A stretch of 41,413 nt of DNA from Acidimicrobiaceae bacterium (lineage in GTDB: Bacteria > Actinomycetota > Acidimicrobiia > Acidimicrobiales > Bog-793), in assembly GCA_027365385.1 (NCBI GenBank), contig DAHXNN010000136.1, forward strand, positions 1 to 41,413, read 5' to 3'. Shown piece by piece: positions 30,692 through 40,621 of this stretch (position 1 is the first letter of the stretch; each line of letters starts with the position of its first letter). A model generated the notes under the pieces. It saw only the letters and a list, made by a program, of their open reading frames with translations. It was not told the origin of the DNA and made no database searches. The translations under genes and the position numbers were made by a program.

Positions 30692-32718
30692 CCTCCACCG
30701 TCCTCTTCGCGCTGCACCATCCACGCTACCAACCGTTTCGCCGCATCAATCGCCGGCGCGCCCGGACCCAGGGAGTCGCCGGCGTCTCGCAGCAGCTCGA
30801 GGTCTCGTCGGACGACCCCGCTCTTCTCGAGATGCTCCCGCGTGCCTGCGGGGCTACCGGAGCGCTCGGCTACGCGCGCCTCGCGTCCGAACGCGGCGAG
30901 GGCGGCCTCCGCTGCGGCGCGTGTCAGCGCGACGAAGGTGCCTAGCGGGTCCGCGTCAGTCTCGAGATCCGCGACGGCGATTCGTAGGAGCAGGTCGGCG
31001 ACGCTCGGTGCCGACGCAGCGATCGCCTCGTGAAGCTCCGAAGCCGACGCGAGCACTTCGAAGGCCTCTCGCTGGAGCGGGTCGGTGAACAGGACCGCGT
31101 CGAACAGCTCGGCCACCTCCACCGGTCGGTGCACGGCGAGCGCGAGCCCGTCGAGCCCGGCGCGGGAGGCTCGAGGTCGCCGACCGCGTCCGGTCCTCGG
31201 CACGGTCTCGTCCGGCCCCGAGCCGCGCCTCGACTGGCGGGCGCCACCAGATGGCGGCCGCCCGACGTCCGATACCGGGTCGGAGGCGCTTGGCCCGTCG
31301 CCGCCCGGGTCGTCGTAGGCCGGCCAGTCGTCCGACGGGAGAGGCTCCGCCGCGGTGCGCGTGCTGTCGGGACGACGTGCCGCGCCCCCGCGTTTGCTCG
31401 CCGATGGTCCCACCAGCGACTCGCGGCGCAGCGTCTCGAGCAGGGGGCGCAGTCGCTCGGGATCGTGGTGGGTGCGGTCCGCGATCTCGACGAGGTACTG
31501 ATCGCGGACGAGCTCGCTCGGGTGCTCCGCGACGCGCGCGAGGGCGGATTCCGCCGCGCGTGAACGTCCCTCGGGAGAGCCCAGGTCCGACGCTCCGATC
31601 GCTCGTTCCACCTGGAACGCGAGGAAAGGTCGCGCGTCGCGCACAGCGTTAGCGAGGCCGTCTGGGTCGCTCTCCGCGAGCTCGGCCGGGTCGCTCCCGG
31701 CAGGCAGTATCGCGACGGCGAGCTCGAGCGAGTGCCGTCGCTCCCATTCGTAGATGCGTGCGGCTGCGTTCTGGCCGGCGCTGTCCGCGTCGAAGGCAAG
31801 CACGACGCGCTTGGCGAAGTTCGCGAGCAGGCGGAGGTGCTCCTCGGTCAGCGACGTGCCACACGTCGCGACCGCACGTGGGACGCCGGCCCGGAAGAAG
31901 CCGATAACGTCCGTGTAGCCCTCGCAGACGACCGCCTCCCCGGCCCGGACCATGTCCTGCTTCGCCCAGTTGAGGCCGTAGAGGGTGCGCCGCTTCTGGT
32001 AGACCGACGATTCTGGCGAGTTGCGGTACTTCGGCCCCGGGTCGCGGTCGGTCGCGCGCAGCTCGGGGGGCAGGACCCGCCCCCCGAGAGCGATGGGCCG
32101 CCCGCCCGGGTCGAAGATCGGGAAGATGATGCGCTCACGGAAAGCGTCGCGCCCTTGCTCGCGACCGTCGAACGCGAGGCCGGCTTCCACGAGCAGACCC
32201 GTCGGGAGGCGGAGTGCGCGGACGAGCTCGTCGAAGCCCGCTGGCGCATAGCCGAGGCGGAACTGCCGCACGACGGCACCGTCGTAGCCGCGTGCGCGCA
32301 GGTACTGGCGGGCTCCGCCGGCGTCTCGGGCTGTGAGCAGGCGCTCGTGGTAGAACGCGGCCGCGGCGGCGAGGACGTCGTAGAGCTGCTTTCGCCGCCC
32401 GTGCTGCGCTGGGGCCCCCTCGTCGTCGTGGCGGATCGCGATGCCTGCACGCGCAGCGAGCCGCTCCACCGCTTCGACGAAGTCGCACCCCTCGACCGCG
32501 CGCACGAAGCTGATCGCGTCACCCGACGCCTGGCAGCCGAAGCAGTAGTAGAGGCCCTCCTCTGCGTTGACGCTGAACGACCCCGAATTCTCCGAGTGGA
32601 ACGGGCAGAGCCCGACGTAGCGCCGGCCGACGCGCTTGAGTGCCGTCTGCTCGCCGACGAGGGCGACCATGTCGGTCGCCGCGCGCACCTGGGCGACGTC
32701 CTCGTCGGGAATGGCCAT
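30673..32718 (-). CDS. dnaG: DNA primase
   Basis: CHC2 Zn finger (GLCPFH...YYCFGC), PKY.NSPE, TOPRIM CEGYTDV and [12 protein letters not shown]. Confidence 0.96.
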   Translation of the reverse strand: MAIPDEDVAQVRAATDMVALVGEQTALKRVGRRYVGLCPFHSENSGSFSVNAEEGLYYCFGCQASGDAISFVRAVEGCDFVEAVERLAARAGIAIRHDDEGAPAQHGRRKQLYDVLAAAAAFYHERLLTARDAGGARQYLRARGYDGAVVRQFRLGYAPAGFDELVRALRLPTGLLVEAGLAFDGREQGRDAFRERIIFPIFDPGGRPIALGGRVLPPELRATDRDPGPKYRNSPESSVYQKRRTLYGLNWAKQDMVRAGEAVVCEGYTDVIGFFRAGVPRAVATCGTSLTEEHLRLLANFAKRVVLAFDADSAGQNAAARIYEWERRHSLELAVAILPAGSDPAELAESDPDGLANAVRDARPFLAFQVERAIGASDLGSPEGRSRAAESALARVAEHPSELVRDQYLVEIADRTHHDPERLRPLLETLRRESLVGPSASKRGGAARRPDSTRTAAEPLPSDDWPAYDDPGGDGPSASDPVSDVGRPPSGGARQSRRGSGPDETVPRTGRGRRPRASRAGLDGLALAVHRPVEVAELFDAVLFTDPLQREAFEVLASASELHEAIAASAPSVADLLLRIAVADLETDADPLGTFVALTRAAAEAALAAFGREARVAERSGSPAGTREHLEKSGVVRRDLELLRDAGDSLGPGAPAIDAAKRLVAWMVQREEDGGGWRAST

Positions 32719-32790
32719 GGTCCGGACCGTACCCGCCTGAGCGTTCCCGCGGCGGCGGCTCGCGACGGAGGCGGGGTCCCGTGCCTGTCC

Positions 32791-34188
32791 CTAGCTGCCG
32801 ATCCGCTCCGCGACGTACGCGACGACGTCGTCGACCGGGACGCGCTCTTGTGCCGTGGTGTCCCGGTCGCGCACGGTGACGCAACGGTCGACGAGACTGT
32901 CGAAGTCGACCGTGACGCACAGCGGCGTGCCGATCTCGTCCTGACGCCTGTAGCGCCGGCCGATCGACTGCGTCTCGTCGCGCTCGCACACGAAGCGACG
33001 GCGACACGACGCGAGCACCTCGTCGGTGAGCGGTGCGAGCTCCGGCTTCTTCGACAGAGGGAGCACTGCTACCTGGTACGGGGCGAGCCGTGGGTGGAGG
33101 CGGAGCACGGAGCGGCGCTCGCCTCCTACCTCGTCTTCGTCGTAGGCGGCGAGCAAGAAGGCCATCATGGTCCGCGTCGCACCGGCGGCCGGCTCGATGA
33201 CGTGGGGGACGTACCGCTCTCCGCTCGCCTGGTCAAAGTACTCGAGTCGCACGCCGGAGTGCTCGGAGTGCGCCTTCAGGTCGAAGTCCGTGCGGTTGGC
33301 GATCCCTTCGAGCTCGCCCCAGCCCCAGGGGAAGGCGAACTCGACGTCGGCCGTGCCCGAGGAGTAGTGGGAGAGCTCCTCGGTCTCGTGCGGCCGGAGC
33401 CGCAGCATTGCCTCGGGGATGCCGTACCGGCTGTACCAGGACAAGCGTTCGGCGCACCAGTATGCGAACCACTGGGGGCTCTCGGCTGGCGGCACGAAGT
33501 ACTCCATCTCCATCTGCTCGAACTCACGTGTCCGGAAGACGAAGTTGCCCGGCGTGATCTCGTTGCGGAAGCTCCGCCCGAGCTGCGCGATCCCAAACGG
33601 TGGCTTGCGCCGCATCGTCGTCTGCACGTTCGCGAAGTTGACGAACATGCCCTGCGCGGTCTCGGGGCGCAGGTAGGCGACGGACGCCTCGTCCTCGACC
33701 GGACCGACGAAGGTCTTGAACATCAAGTTGAACGGCCGGGCCTCGGTCAGGTCCGTCGAGCCGCAGTGCGGGCAGACCGGAGCACCGGTCTCGTCCGTCT
33801 CGAGGTGGTCGGCGCGCGAGCGCTCGTTGCAGCTCCGGCAGTCGACGAGCGGGTCGGTGAAGGTCGCGAGGTGGCCGGAGGCCTCCCAGACCTTGGGGTT
33901 GGTGAGGATCGCGGCGTCGAGCGGGACGACGTCGTCACGTTCTTGGACCACGGCCCGCCACCACGCGTCTTTCACGTTGCGCAGCATGAGCGTGCCGAGC
34001 GGGCCGTAGTCGTAGGTCGAGCGGATCCCGCCGTAGATCTCCGCCGACGGGAAGACGAAGCCACGACGCTTGCAGAGGTTCACGACGGCGTCGAACAGTG
34101 CCGTGCCGGAGGGCCGTGTCTTGTCACCTGCACCCGGAGCTGTCGCGTCGAGCGGCTCTGTCGTCTGGGAGAGGTGCTGGTCGGGCAT
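32791..34188 (-). CDS. glyQS: Glycine--tRNA ligase (alpha2, GlyQS type)
   Basis: KRRGFVFPS.EIYGG, YDYGPLG, FNLMFKT, YLRPETAQGMFVNF, SFRNEITPGNFVFRTREFEQME, GIANRTDFDL, SIGRRYRRQDEIGTP. Confidence 0.96.
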   Translation of the reverse strand: MPDQHLSQTTEPLDATAPGAGDKTRPSGTALFDAVVNLCKRRGFVFPSAEIYGGIRSTYDYGPLGTLMLRNVKDAWWRAVVQERDDVVPLDAAILTNPKVWEASGHLATFTDPLVDCRSCNERSRADHLETDETGAPVCPHCGSTDLTEARPFNLMFKTFVGPVEDEASVAYLRPETAQGMFVNFANVQTTMRRKPPFGIAQLGRSFRNEITPGNFVFRTREFEQMEMEYFVPPAESPQWFAYWCAERLSWYSRYGIPEAMLRLRPHETEELSHYSSGTADVEFAFPWGWGELEGIANRTDFDLKAHSEHSGVRLEYFDQASGERYVPHVIEPAAGATRTMMAFLLAAYDEDEVGGERRSVLRLHPRLAPYQVAVLPLSKKPELAPLTDEVLASCRRRFVCERDETQSIGRRYRRQDEIGTPLCVTVDFDSLVDRCVTVRDRDTTAQERVPVDDVVAYVAERIGS

Positions 34189-34255
34189 GGGCGCAGGATG
34201 GTCCGGCCGGTCGCACTCACCTCCCGGAGAAGGTTTCCCCGGAGGCAGGCGATCC

Positions 34256-34996
34256 TCAGAAGCGGGCCGTGCCGGCCGGGGCGACCTCGAGCATGTGCCG
34301 CGTGGTGCGGAGCCGACGTTCGAGGTGGCACTCGACCGCGAGGAGCGCCAGGCGCTCGACCTCGGAGTCGGCGTCGTGTGGGCTCTCCTCGAGCACCCGT
34401 CTCAGGTCGCCCCCGACGATCCGGCGGACGAGATCGACCGTCTCGGTGGCGACGGCCTGGCCGCGTCGGCAGGCCCGGCAGAGCATGCCCCCCTCGCCCG
34501 GGTCGAACGCGACGAGAGGATCCGGGCCACCGCAGTGGGCGCACGCGACGACGACGGGCGCTACCCCCTCGACAGACAGCAGCTTCCAACAGAAGCCCGC
34601 GAGCACGAGGCGGGACTCGCTCGTCGCGAGCGTCCGCAGAGCCCCGATGAGCATCGCGAACAGCTCGGGCATCGGCTGGCGCTCCACCGCGACCTGGTCG
34701 ACGATCTCGAGCATCGTCATCGCGGGGACGAGGCGGTCGAGGTCTTCCCGCAGAGACCTCGGCGAGCCGAGGACCTCGGACTGGGTGACGACGTCGAGCT
34801 CGCGCCCGTGCCAGCAGAGCATCGTGACGTGGCTCAGCGGCTCGAGGCGTGCCCCGATGCGGCTCTTGGTCCGGCGGACGCCTTTCGCCACCGCGCGCAC
34901 CTTCCCGTGCCCAGGTGTCGCCAAGGTGACGATACGGTCCGCCTCGCCGAGGCGGACCGTCCTCAGCACGACGCCTTCGTCGCGGTAGAGGGTCAC
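34256..34996 (-). CDS. recO: DNA repair protein RecO
   Basis: LYRDEGVVLRT..LGEADRIVTL.T..HGKVRAVAKGVRRTKSR.GARLEP; C4 Zn motif CAHC...CRAC. Confidence 0.95.
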   Translation of the reverse strand: MTLYRDEGVVLRTVRLGEADRIVTLATPGHGKVRAVAKGVRRTKSRIGARLEPLSHVTMLCWHGRELDVVTQSEVLGSPRSLREDLDRLVPAMTMLEIVDQVAVERQPMPELFAMLIGALRTLATSESRLVLAGFCWKLLSVEGVAPVVVACAHCGGPDPLVAFDPGEGGMLCRACRRGQAVATETVDLVRRIVGGDLRRVLEESPHDADSEVERLALLAVECHLERRLRTTRHMLEVAPAGTARF

Positions 34997-34998
34997 CG

Positions 34999-35286
34999 TC
35001 AGGTGCTCCTGATCCGTCCTCCGACGGCGATGAGCACGACGCCGGCCACGAGAAGCACGACGAGGAAGAGGGCGGGCTTGAAGCCGATGGCGGCGAGGAA
35101 GACCGTCGCCCCGAACGCGAGCAAGCCGAGCAGCGCTCCGGCGAGCCTCCCTGCGTGGTCCCACAGCCAGCCGGCATGCGTCGCGTCCCCGGGCGTTCCG
35201 GCCGGCGTGGTTGCCTGTCGTCCTCGCGATTGTGCTGTCGCGGCTGTCCCGTCGTTGCCCGCGGCCCGACGCCCTCCTGTGCTCAC
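34999..35286 (-). CDS. Small two-TM membrane protein between uppS and recO
   Basis: Start overlaps the uppS stop; two hydrophobic helices; ends 2 nt before the recO start. Confidence 0.65.
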   Translation of the reverse strand: MSTGGRRAAGNDGTAATAQSRGRQATTPAGTPGDATHAGWLWDHAGRLAGALLGLLAFGATVFLAAIGFKPALFLVVLLVAGVVLIAVGGRIRST

Positions 35287-36002
35287 GCGTCGACCCCGCC
35301 GTAGCGGCGGTCACGCCGCTGGAACTCCCGCACCGCCTCGAACAGGTGCTCACGGCGGAAGTCCGGCCACAGCACGTCGGTGAAGACGAGCTCGGAGTAC
35401 GCGAGCTCCCAGAGCAGGAAGTTCGAGATGCGGTACTCACCCGACGTCCGGATGACGAGATCCGGGTCTGGCATGTCGGGATAGTACAGACGCGAGCGGA
35501 TCGCCCGCTCGTCGATCTTCGACGCAGGCAGGCCGGCGTCGACGAGATCGCGCACCGCGTCGACGATCTCGGCGCGCCCTCCGTAGTTGAAGCAGATCGT
35601 GAGGGTCATCCGGCGGTTCGCCGCGGTGAGCTCGACGGCGTCGTCCATGTGCCGGACCAGGCGCCTCGGCACTCGCCAGTCGCGCCTGCCTGCGAAGCGG
35701 ACGCGTACGCCCTTCGCGTTGAGGTCGTCGCGGTTGCGGGTGAGGATGCCCTCGTTGAAGTGCATGAGATAGCGCACCTCGTCGGCGGGTCGCCGCCAGT
35801 TCTCCGTCGAGAAGGCGTACATCGACAGCCAGCGGATCCCGGCATCGAGTGCCCCGTCGATGACGTCGAGCATCGCCTCCTCGCCTGCCCCGTGGCCCTC
35901 GGTCCTCGGTAGGCCACGTGCCCGAGCCCAACGGCCGTTGCCGTCCATGACGCAGCCGACATGCACCGGCACGCGTGTCCCATCGATGCCCTCGACCGCC
36001 AC
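35283..36002 (-). CDS. uppS: cis-prenyltransferase (polyprenyl diphosphate synthase)
   Basis: HV..VMDGNGRWA, YAFSTENW.RP, NYGGR.EI, PDPDLVIRTSGE.RISNFLLW..AYSE, WPDF, R.RRYGG. Confidence 0.95.
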   Translation of the reverse strand: MAVEGIDGTRVPVHVGCVMDGNGRWARARGLPRTEGHGAGEEAMLDVIDGALDAGIRWLSMYAFSTENWRRPADEVRYLMHFNEGILTRNRDDLNAKGVRVRFAGRRDWRVPRRLVRHMDDAVELTAANRRMTLTICFNYGGRAEIVDAVRDLVDAGLPASKIDERAIRSRLYYPDMPDPDLVIRTSGEYRISNFLLWELAYSELVFTDVLWPDFRREHLFEAVREFQRRDRRYGGVDA

Positions 36003-36021
36003 GCAGGCGAAGTTAGCCGTC

Positions 36022-36693
36022 CTAGGGACAGTGCTCCCGGCAGGGTGGCCATGGGTCGGCACCGTGGATCTCCGCCCAGCGGCCGACGACGGCCTCTGCC
36101 TCGGCGATCCTGCCCGCGGCGACGAGCACCGGCAGCTCCCCGTCCAGCAGCTCCCGCCAGGGCAGCGTCGCGCTCGAGCGACCGCTCGAGCGCAGTGACT
36201 CCCTGACCTGGCCGAGCATCGCCGCGAGGACCTCCACCTCGGGACCCACGAGGGCAGCGACGCGGTCGCGCAGCCAGCTCGCGAGCGCTGGGCTCGTGCC
36301 CGCTGTCGAGACGGCGACCGAGACGGGACCTCGCCGGACCACCGCGGGCAGGATGAACGAGCAGCCGGGGATGTCGTCTGCGGCGTTGACGAGCACGCCG
36401 GAGCGCTCGCCGTCGGCGAACACCGCCCGGTCGACCTCGGGTCGGCCCGTCGCAGTCACGACGATCCTGTAGAGCGCTGCTTCGCCGGCCTCGTACCGGC
36501 GCCGCTCGACCGCGACGCCGAGGGCGTCGATCGCTTCGTCGACCCGCGGGGCCACGACCGTCACGTGCGCTCCGGCGGCGACAAGGCCCTCGACCTTGCG
36601 GAGCGCGACGCGGCCGCCTCCGACCACGAGGCACCGGTGGCCGGCGAGGAGGAGCGAGACGGGGTAGGTAGGGGCGGTGAACGGCACGAGCAA
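36022..36693 (-). CDS. Precorrin-2 dehydrogenase/sirohydrochlorin ferrochelatase (CysG N-terminal / SirC-Met8 type)
   Basis: YPV.L.L.G..CLVVGGG.VA.RK, VNAAD....CSF.LPA...RG...VAVST.G.SPALA; no methyltransferase domain. Confidence 0.9.
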   Translation of the reverse strand: MLVPFTAPTYPVSLLLAGHRCLVVGGGRVALRKVEGLVAAGAHVTVVAPRVDEAIDALGVAVERRRYEAGEAALYRIVVTATGRPEVDRAVFADGERSGVLVNAADDIPGCSFILPAVVRRGPVSVAVSTAGTSPALASWLRDRVAALVGPEVEVLAAMLGQVRESLRSSGRSSATLPWRELLDGELPVLVAAGRIAEAEAVVGRWAEIHGADPWPPCREHCP

Positions 36694-36740
36694 CGAAGTC
36701 TACGGCGTTCGGGCCCGAAACATGACTCGCCGGGTCGGGT

Positions 36741-36768
36741 TATAATTCCGATCTGTCAAGTCAGGTAT
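36741..36768. promoter_or_regulatory. TATAAT -10 box overlapped by an Rrf2 (IscR/CymR)-like imperfect palindrome
   Basis: TATAAT at 36741-36746; AATTCCGATC-TGTCA-AGTCAGGTAT at 36744-36768; AT-rich island between the divergent siroheme gene and cysH. Confidence 0.55.
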
Positions 36769-36821
36769 GAGCTCGAGCGGCCCGGGATCTCGGCTGCCGG
36801 CGGCGAGGAGCGGGAGCTAGC

Positions 36822-37538
36822 GTGAGCACGGTCGTGGAGAGTGCATCGGAGCTCGTGGGCGCGTCGGGCGGGCAAGACCCGGGTCTCGACCTCGCGGCCG
36901 AGCTCGACAACGTGCGGAGCGAGCTCGCCGGGGCGACAGCCACCGAGGTCGTCTCGTGGTCGGTCGTCCGGTTCGGACGAGGTGTCGTCCTCACGTCGTC
37001 CTTCCAGGACTGCGTCCTTCTCGACGTGGCGGTCCAGGTCGACCCGCGTATCCGGATCGTCTTCCTCGACACCGGCTACCACTTCCCGGAGACTCTCGAG
37101 TACCTGCACCTCGTGGAGGATCGTTACGGGCTCGACGTCGAGGTCGTCACGCCTGCCCTTCCGCTCGGCGAGCGCGCGTGTGGCACGCCGGGCTGCTGCC
37201 AGGCGCGCAAGGTCGAGCCGCTCAACGCCGTTCTCGCCGGTGCGCGAGCGTGGATGACGGGCGTGAAGAGGGTCGATACCCCCGAGCGCGCCGAAGCGCC
37301 CGTGGTGGCCTGGGATCCCGCCAAGAATGTCGTGAAGGTCAACCCCATCGTCGCCTGGACCGAGGACGACGTCGAGTCGTACGTCGTCGAGCACGGTCTC
37401 CCGCGCCACCCGTTGAATGCCGCCGGGTACTTGTCGATCGGCTGCGCGCCGACGACGCGCGCGGTCGCCGACGGGGAGGACCCACGCGCCGGGCGGTGGC
37501 CCGGCTCCGGCAAGACAGAGTGCGGACTGCATCTCTGA
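36822..37538 (+). CDS. cysH: APS/PAPS reductase (CysH family)
   Basis: SSFQD, FLDTGYHFPET, CC..RKVEPL, W.TG..R, K.NP...W, GY.SIGC.P.T, RAGRW...KTECGLH; GAGGAG upstream. Confidence 0.93.
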   Translation: MSTVVESASELVGASGGQDPGLDLAAELDNVRSELAGATATEVVSWSVVRFGRGVVLTSSFQDCVLLDVAVQVDPRIRIVFLDTGYHFPETLEYLHLVEDRYGLDVEVVTPALPLGERACGTPGCCQARKVEPLNAVLAGARAWMTGVKRVDTPERAEAPVVAWDPAKNVVKVNPIVAWTEDDVESYVVEHGLPRHPLNAAGYLSIGCAPTTRAVADGEDPRAGRWPGSGKTECGLHL

Positions 37539-37577
37539 GCGCGGCCCGACGCGAGATACGACAGGACCGTCCCAGAG

Positions 37578-39323
37578 ATGGAGTTCATAAGACCGTTCCG
37601 CCACGGCACCGAGCTGAGCCAGCAGGAGAGGTGGAAGCTCGAGCGGCATCCGCTCGACGTCGCCGAGGCGATCCGCGAGCGCTACTCGCGCCTCGGCCCC
37701 GATTCGATCGCGAAGGTCCCCGGCGAGGTCGAGCGCCTAAAGTGGGTCGGGCTCTACCCCCAGCGCCAAGGCGGCGACGCCTTCATGCTCCGGGTGAAGG
37801 TCCCAGGCGGGCGGCTCAGCGCGGCACAGGCCAGGCGCATCGGAGAGCTCGCGGACGAGCTCGCCCACGGCCCGGAGCCGCACCCGGTCTGGGGTGACCG
37901 GTACTGCGACATCACGACGCGCCAGACGGTGCAGCTGCACTGGCTCCACATCGGTGACATTCCGCAGGCATGGGACCGGCTCGCAGAGGTCGGGCTCACG
38001 ACGGTGCAGGCCTGCGGTGACTCGGCGCGTAACGTCTCGTGCTGCCCGGTCGCCGGGATCGACGCCGACGAGGCGTTCGACGCCTCGCCCGTGGCCCGGG
38101 CGATCTCGGAGCTCTTCACCGGCAACCGCGAGTACGCGAACTTGCCGCGCAAGTTCAAGATCAGCGTGACCGGTTGCCTCGACGACTGCGCCCGCGCGGA
38201 GATCAACGACGTCGCGATGTGGCCCGCCCGCCTGGACGACGGCACTCTCGGATTCAACCTTCTCGTCGGCGGTGGGCTCTCGGACGGGCCGCGCATGGCG
38301 AGCGACGTCGACGTCTTCGTCGAACCTCGCGACGCCCCGGAGTGCGCCCGGGCGATCGCTCAGCTCTATGGCGAGCTCGGCAACCGCGAGAACCGCGGGG
38401 TGAACCGCTTCCGCTATCTCGTCCAGGAGCTCGGACCCGAGCTGATCCGTGACGAGCTCGAGGCCAGGGCGACGTTCGAGCTGCGCCCCGCTGGCGAGGC
38501 GCTCACCCGCCGCTACCGCGGCGACCACGTCGGCGTGCACCGTCAGCGGGCAGCGAGCCCGGACGGCCCCCTGCGGTCCTATGTCGGCTGCTCGGTCACC
38601 GTCGGGCGGATCACGGGCGCAGATCTCGTCGAGGTGGCCCACCTCGCCGAGGCGTACGGCGATGCGACGGTACGCCTCACCGCGGATCAGAACCTGGTGC
38701 TCTCCGGTGTCCCGGACGACTGCCTCGACGAGCTGCTGGCGCACGAGGTGCTCGGGCGGTGCTCGCCGTTCCCGGGTCCGTTCACCCGTGGCGTCGTCGC
38801 TTGCACGGGGAACGAGTTTTGCCGCTTCGCGATCGTCGAGACCAAGGTCCGGGCGGCGGACTGGGCCCGGGAGATGGACGAGAGGTTCGCGGACGTGCTC
38901 GGTGGCCCCGAGGAGGAGGTCGTCCGCATGCACTTCTCCGGCTGCTCGGCCTCGTGCGCGCAGCCCCAGATAGCGGACATCGCGTTCCGGGGCGAGACGG
39001 CACACGTCGGCGAGTCGATCGTCGAGGCGGTCGATGTCGGTCTCGGAGGTGGTCTCGGGCCGGACGCGGTCTTCGCCGACTGGGTCGCAGGCGCGGTTCC
39101 GGTCGGGGACGTCCCGGACGCGATCGCTGCTGTCCTGCACAGGTACCTGGTCGAGAGGCGTGCCGGCGAGCCGTTCCGCAGCTTCGTCCGCCGTCTCGGC
39201 GCCGAGGATCTTGCACCTCAGCTCTCCACTGCTGGTGTGCCCGGTCGCCCCGTCCCGGACCGTGACGCGGGCGCGAGCAGCACGGGGACGGACGAACGGC
39301 CCACGACGAGAGGATCGACATGA
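37578..39323 (+). CDS. sir: Ferredoxin-type siroheme sulfite/nitrite reductase (Sir/NirA family)
   Basis: ERLKW.GLYPQR, FMLRVKVPGG, DITTRQ.VQLHW, ACGD..RNV, NLPRKFKISVTG, siroheme/[4Fe-4S] ligands CTGNEFC and SGCSASC. Sulfite specificity is inferred from the cysH context. Confidence 0.9.
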   Translation: MEFIRPFRHGTELSQQERWKLERHPLDVAEAIRERYSRLGPDSIAKVPGEVERLKWVGLYPQRQGGDAFMLRVKVPGGRLSAAQARRIGELADELAHGPEPHPVWGDRYCDITTRQTVQLHWLHIGDIPQAWDRLAEVGLTTVQACGDSARNVSCCPVAGIDADEAFDASPVARAISELFTGNREYANLPRKFKISVTGCLDDCARAEINDVAMWPARLDDGTLGFNLLVGGGLSDGPRMASDVDVFVEPRDAPECARAIAQLYGELGNRENRGVNRFRYLVQELGPELIRDELEARATFELRPAGEALTRRYRGDHVGVHRQRAASPDGPLRSYVGCSVTVGRITGADLVEVAHLAEAYGDATVRLTADQNLVLSGVPDDCLDELLAHEVLGRCSPFPGPFTRGVVACTGNEFCRFAIVETKVRAADWAREMDERFADVLGGPEEEVVRMHFSGCSASCAQPQIADIAFRGETAHVGESIVEAVDVGLGGGLGPDAVFADWVAGAVPVGDVPDAIAAVLHRYLVERRAGEPFRSFVRRLGAEDLAPQLSTAGVPGRPVPDRDAGASSTGTDERPTTRGST

Positions 39324-40621
39324 CCGATCTCGCGCTCCGCGACGGGGAGCGCTCGCCGGGTGGCGAGCGCACAGGGTACGACCAGCGACCTGCACTGCCC
39401 CCATTCCGGCTACGTGCCTCGATGAACGGGATCACGGAGGCGCCCGGCAAGGTCTGGTTCTTCGAGCTGGCGGCGGCAGTCATCGACGCCGACCGCTGCG
39501 TGCGCTGCGGCGCCTGTGTGGCCGCGTGCCCGTCCGACTCGATCGGCGTCGGCCACGACGACCTGCCCATACTCGTGAAGATGTGCACCGGCTGCTCGCT
39601 CTGCTGGGACTTCTGCCCGCGCGGGGGTCTGCGCTACGAGACGACCTGGCTTCCCGAATCGGAGCCGAGCGACTCGTCGTGGCGCATCACCGGTGCCGAT
39701 CCGGCGCCAGGGCTCGGCAAGGTCGTCGCCAGCTATGCAGCGCGAGTCCGCACGGGGAACCCGCACAGGGCTCCCGGCGCCCAGGACGGAGGCGTCGTCT
39801 CGGCCATCTTGCTGTCGGCTCTCGCGTCGGGCCAGATCGACGGCGCCTTGATCGCTCGTGTCGACCCGCAGACCCCCTGGCGTGGGGTCCCGTACGTCGC
39901 GACGACGAGCCAGGAGATCCTGAAGAGCGCGGGGACGTTCTACAACCAGACGATGGCGCTCGCGGCGCTCGACCTCGAACGGGCTGGCCTCGGCCCCGAG
40001 GCGAGGATCGCGGTGGTCGGGACGCCGTGCGAGATCGAGGGCATACGGGCGCTCCAGGCGCGGGCGTGGGGCAGGGGAGCATCGCGAGTCGACGCGGTCG
40101 CGCTCACGATCGCGCTCTTGTGCACGAAGAGCTTCGACTACCGCAAGCTGATGCTCGAGAGCCTGCGCGACGAGCGCGGCCTCGACCTCGGCCGTGTCGG
40201 CAAGGTCGACGTCGCGCACGGCCGGCTCCTCGTCGAGGACCTGGAGCACCGCGTCGTGGTCGACGAGCCCGTGAAGGCCTTCCACGGCGCCGCGCTGAAG
40301 GGCTGCGACGAGTGTGCCGACTTCCTCGGGCGGGCAGCCGACCTCGCGGTCGGAAGCGTCGGCAGTCCGGACGGTTGGTCGAGCGTGCTCGTCCGCACCC
40401 CCGCGGGCCTGGCAGCGTTCGAGCTCGCGGCACCGAGCCTCGAGCTCGCCGAGATCGCACGGCCCGAGGCGCTCGACAAGCTCGACCGCATCGACAAGAG
40501 CATCGCGACCGGGAGCCTGCGCCGAGCGCTCGAGCCGGACGGGGCGATGTTCGTCGACTTCGCGGACCATCTCGCCGCCTACGACGGCAGCGACCGGGCG
40601 CCGGTTTGGAAGGGATGGTGA
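39320..40621 (+). CDS. Coenzyme F420 hydrogenase/dehydrogenase beta-subunit (FrhB/FpoF) family protein with N-terminal 2x[4Fe-4S] ferredoxin domain
   Basis: CVRCGACVAACP and CTGCSLCWDFCP; AQDGGVVSAIL, VVGTPCEI, IALLCTKSF, GCDECADF, D.AVGSVGSPDGWSSVLVRT; ATGA overlap with sir. Confidence 0.9.
   Translation: MTDLALRDGERSPGGERTGYDQRPALPPFRLRASMNGITEAPGKVWFFELAAAVIDADRCVRCGACVAACPSDSIGVGHDDLPILVKMCTGCSLCWDFCPRGGLRYETTWLPESEPSDSSWRITGADPAPGLGKVVASYAARVRTGNPHRAPGAQDGGVVSAILLSALASGQIDGALIARVDPQTPWRGVPYVATTSQEILKSAGTFYNQTMALAALDLERAGLGPEARIAVVGTPCEIEGIRALQARAWGRGASRVDAVALTIALLCTKSFDYRKLMLESLRDERGLDLGRVGKVDVAHGRLLVEDLEHRVVVDEPVKAFHGAALKGCDECADFLGRAADLAVGSVGSPDGWSSVLVRTPAGLAAFELAAPSLELAEIARPEALDKLDRIDKSIATGSLRRALEPDGAMFVDFADHLAAYDGSDRAPVWKGW

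Noticed and set aside
31732-34650. 972-aa plus-strand ORF and many similar long overlapping ORFs (e.g. 27580-29493, 23073-24788, 8405-10351)
   Set aside because: Antisense or off-frame shadows of clear genes; stop-poor frames are expected at this GC content and show no motifs.
39320-40621. Evidence for an F420-reducing [NiFe] hydrogenase or archaeal contamination
   Set aside because: No hydrogenase large/small subunit or maturation genes; composition and flanking genes look continuous with the actinobacterial host.
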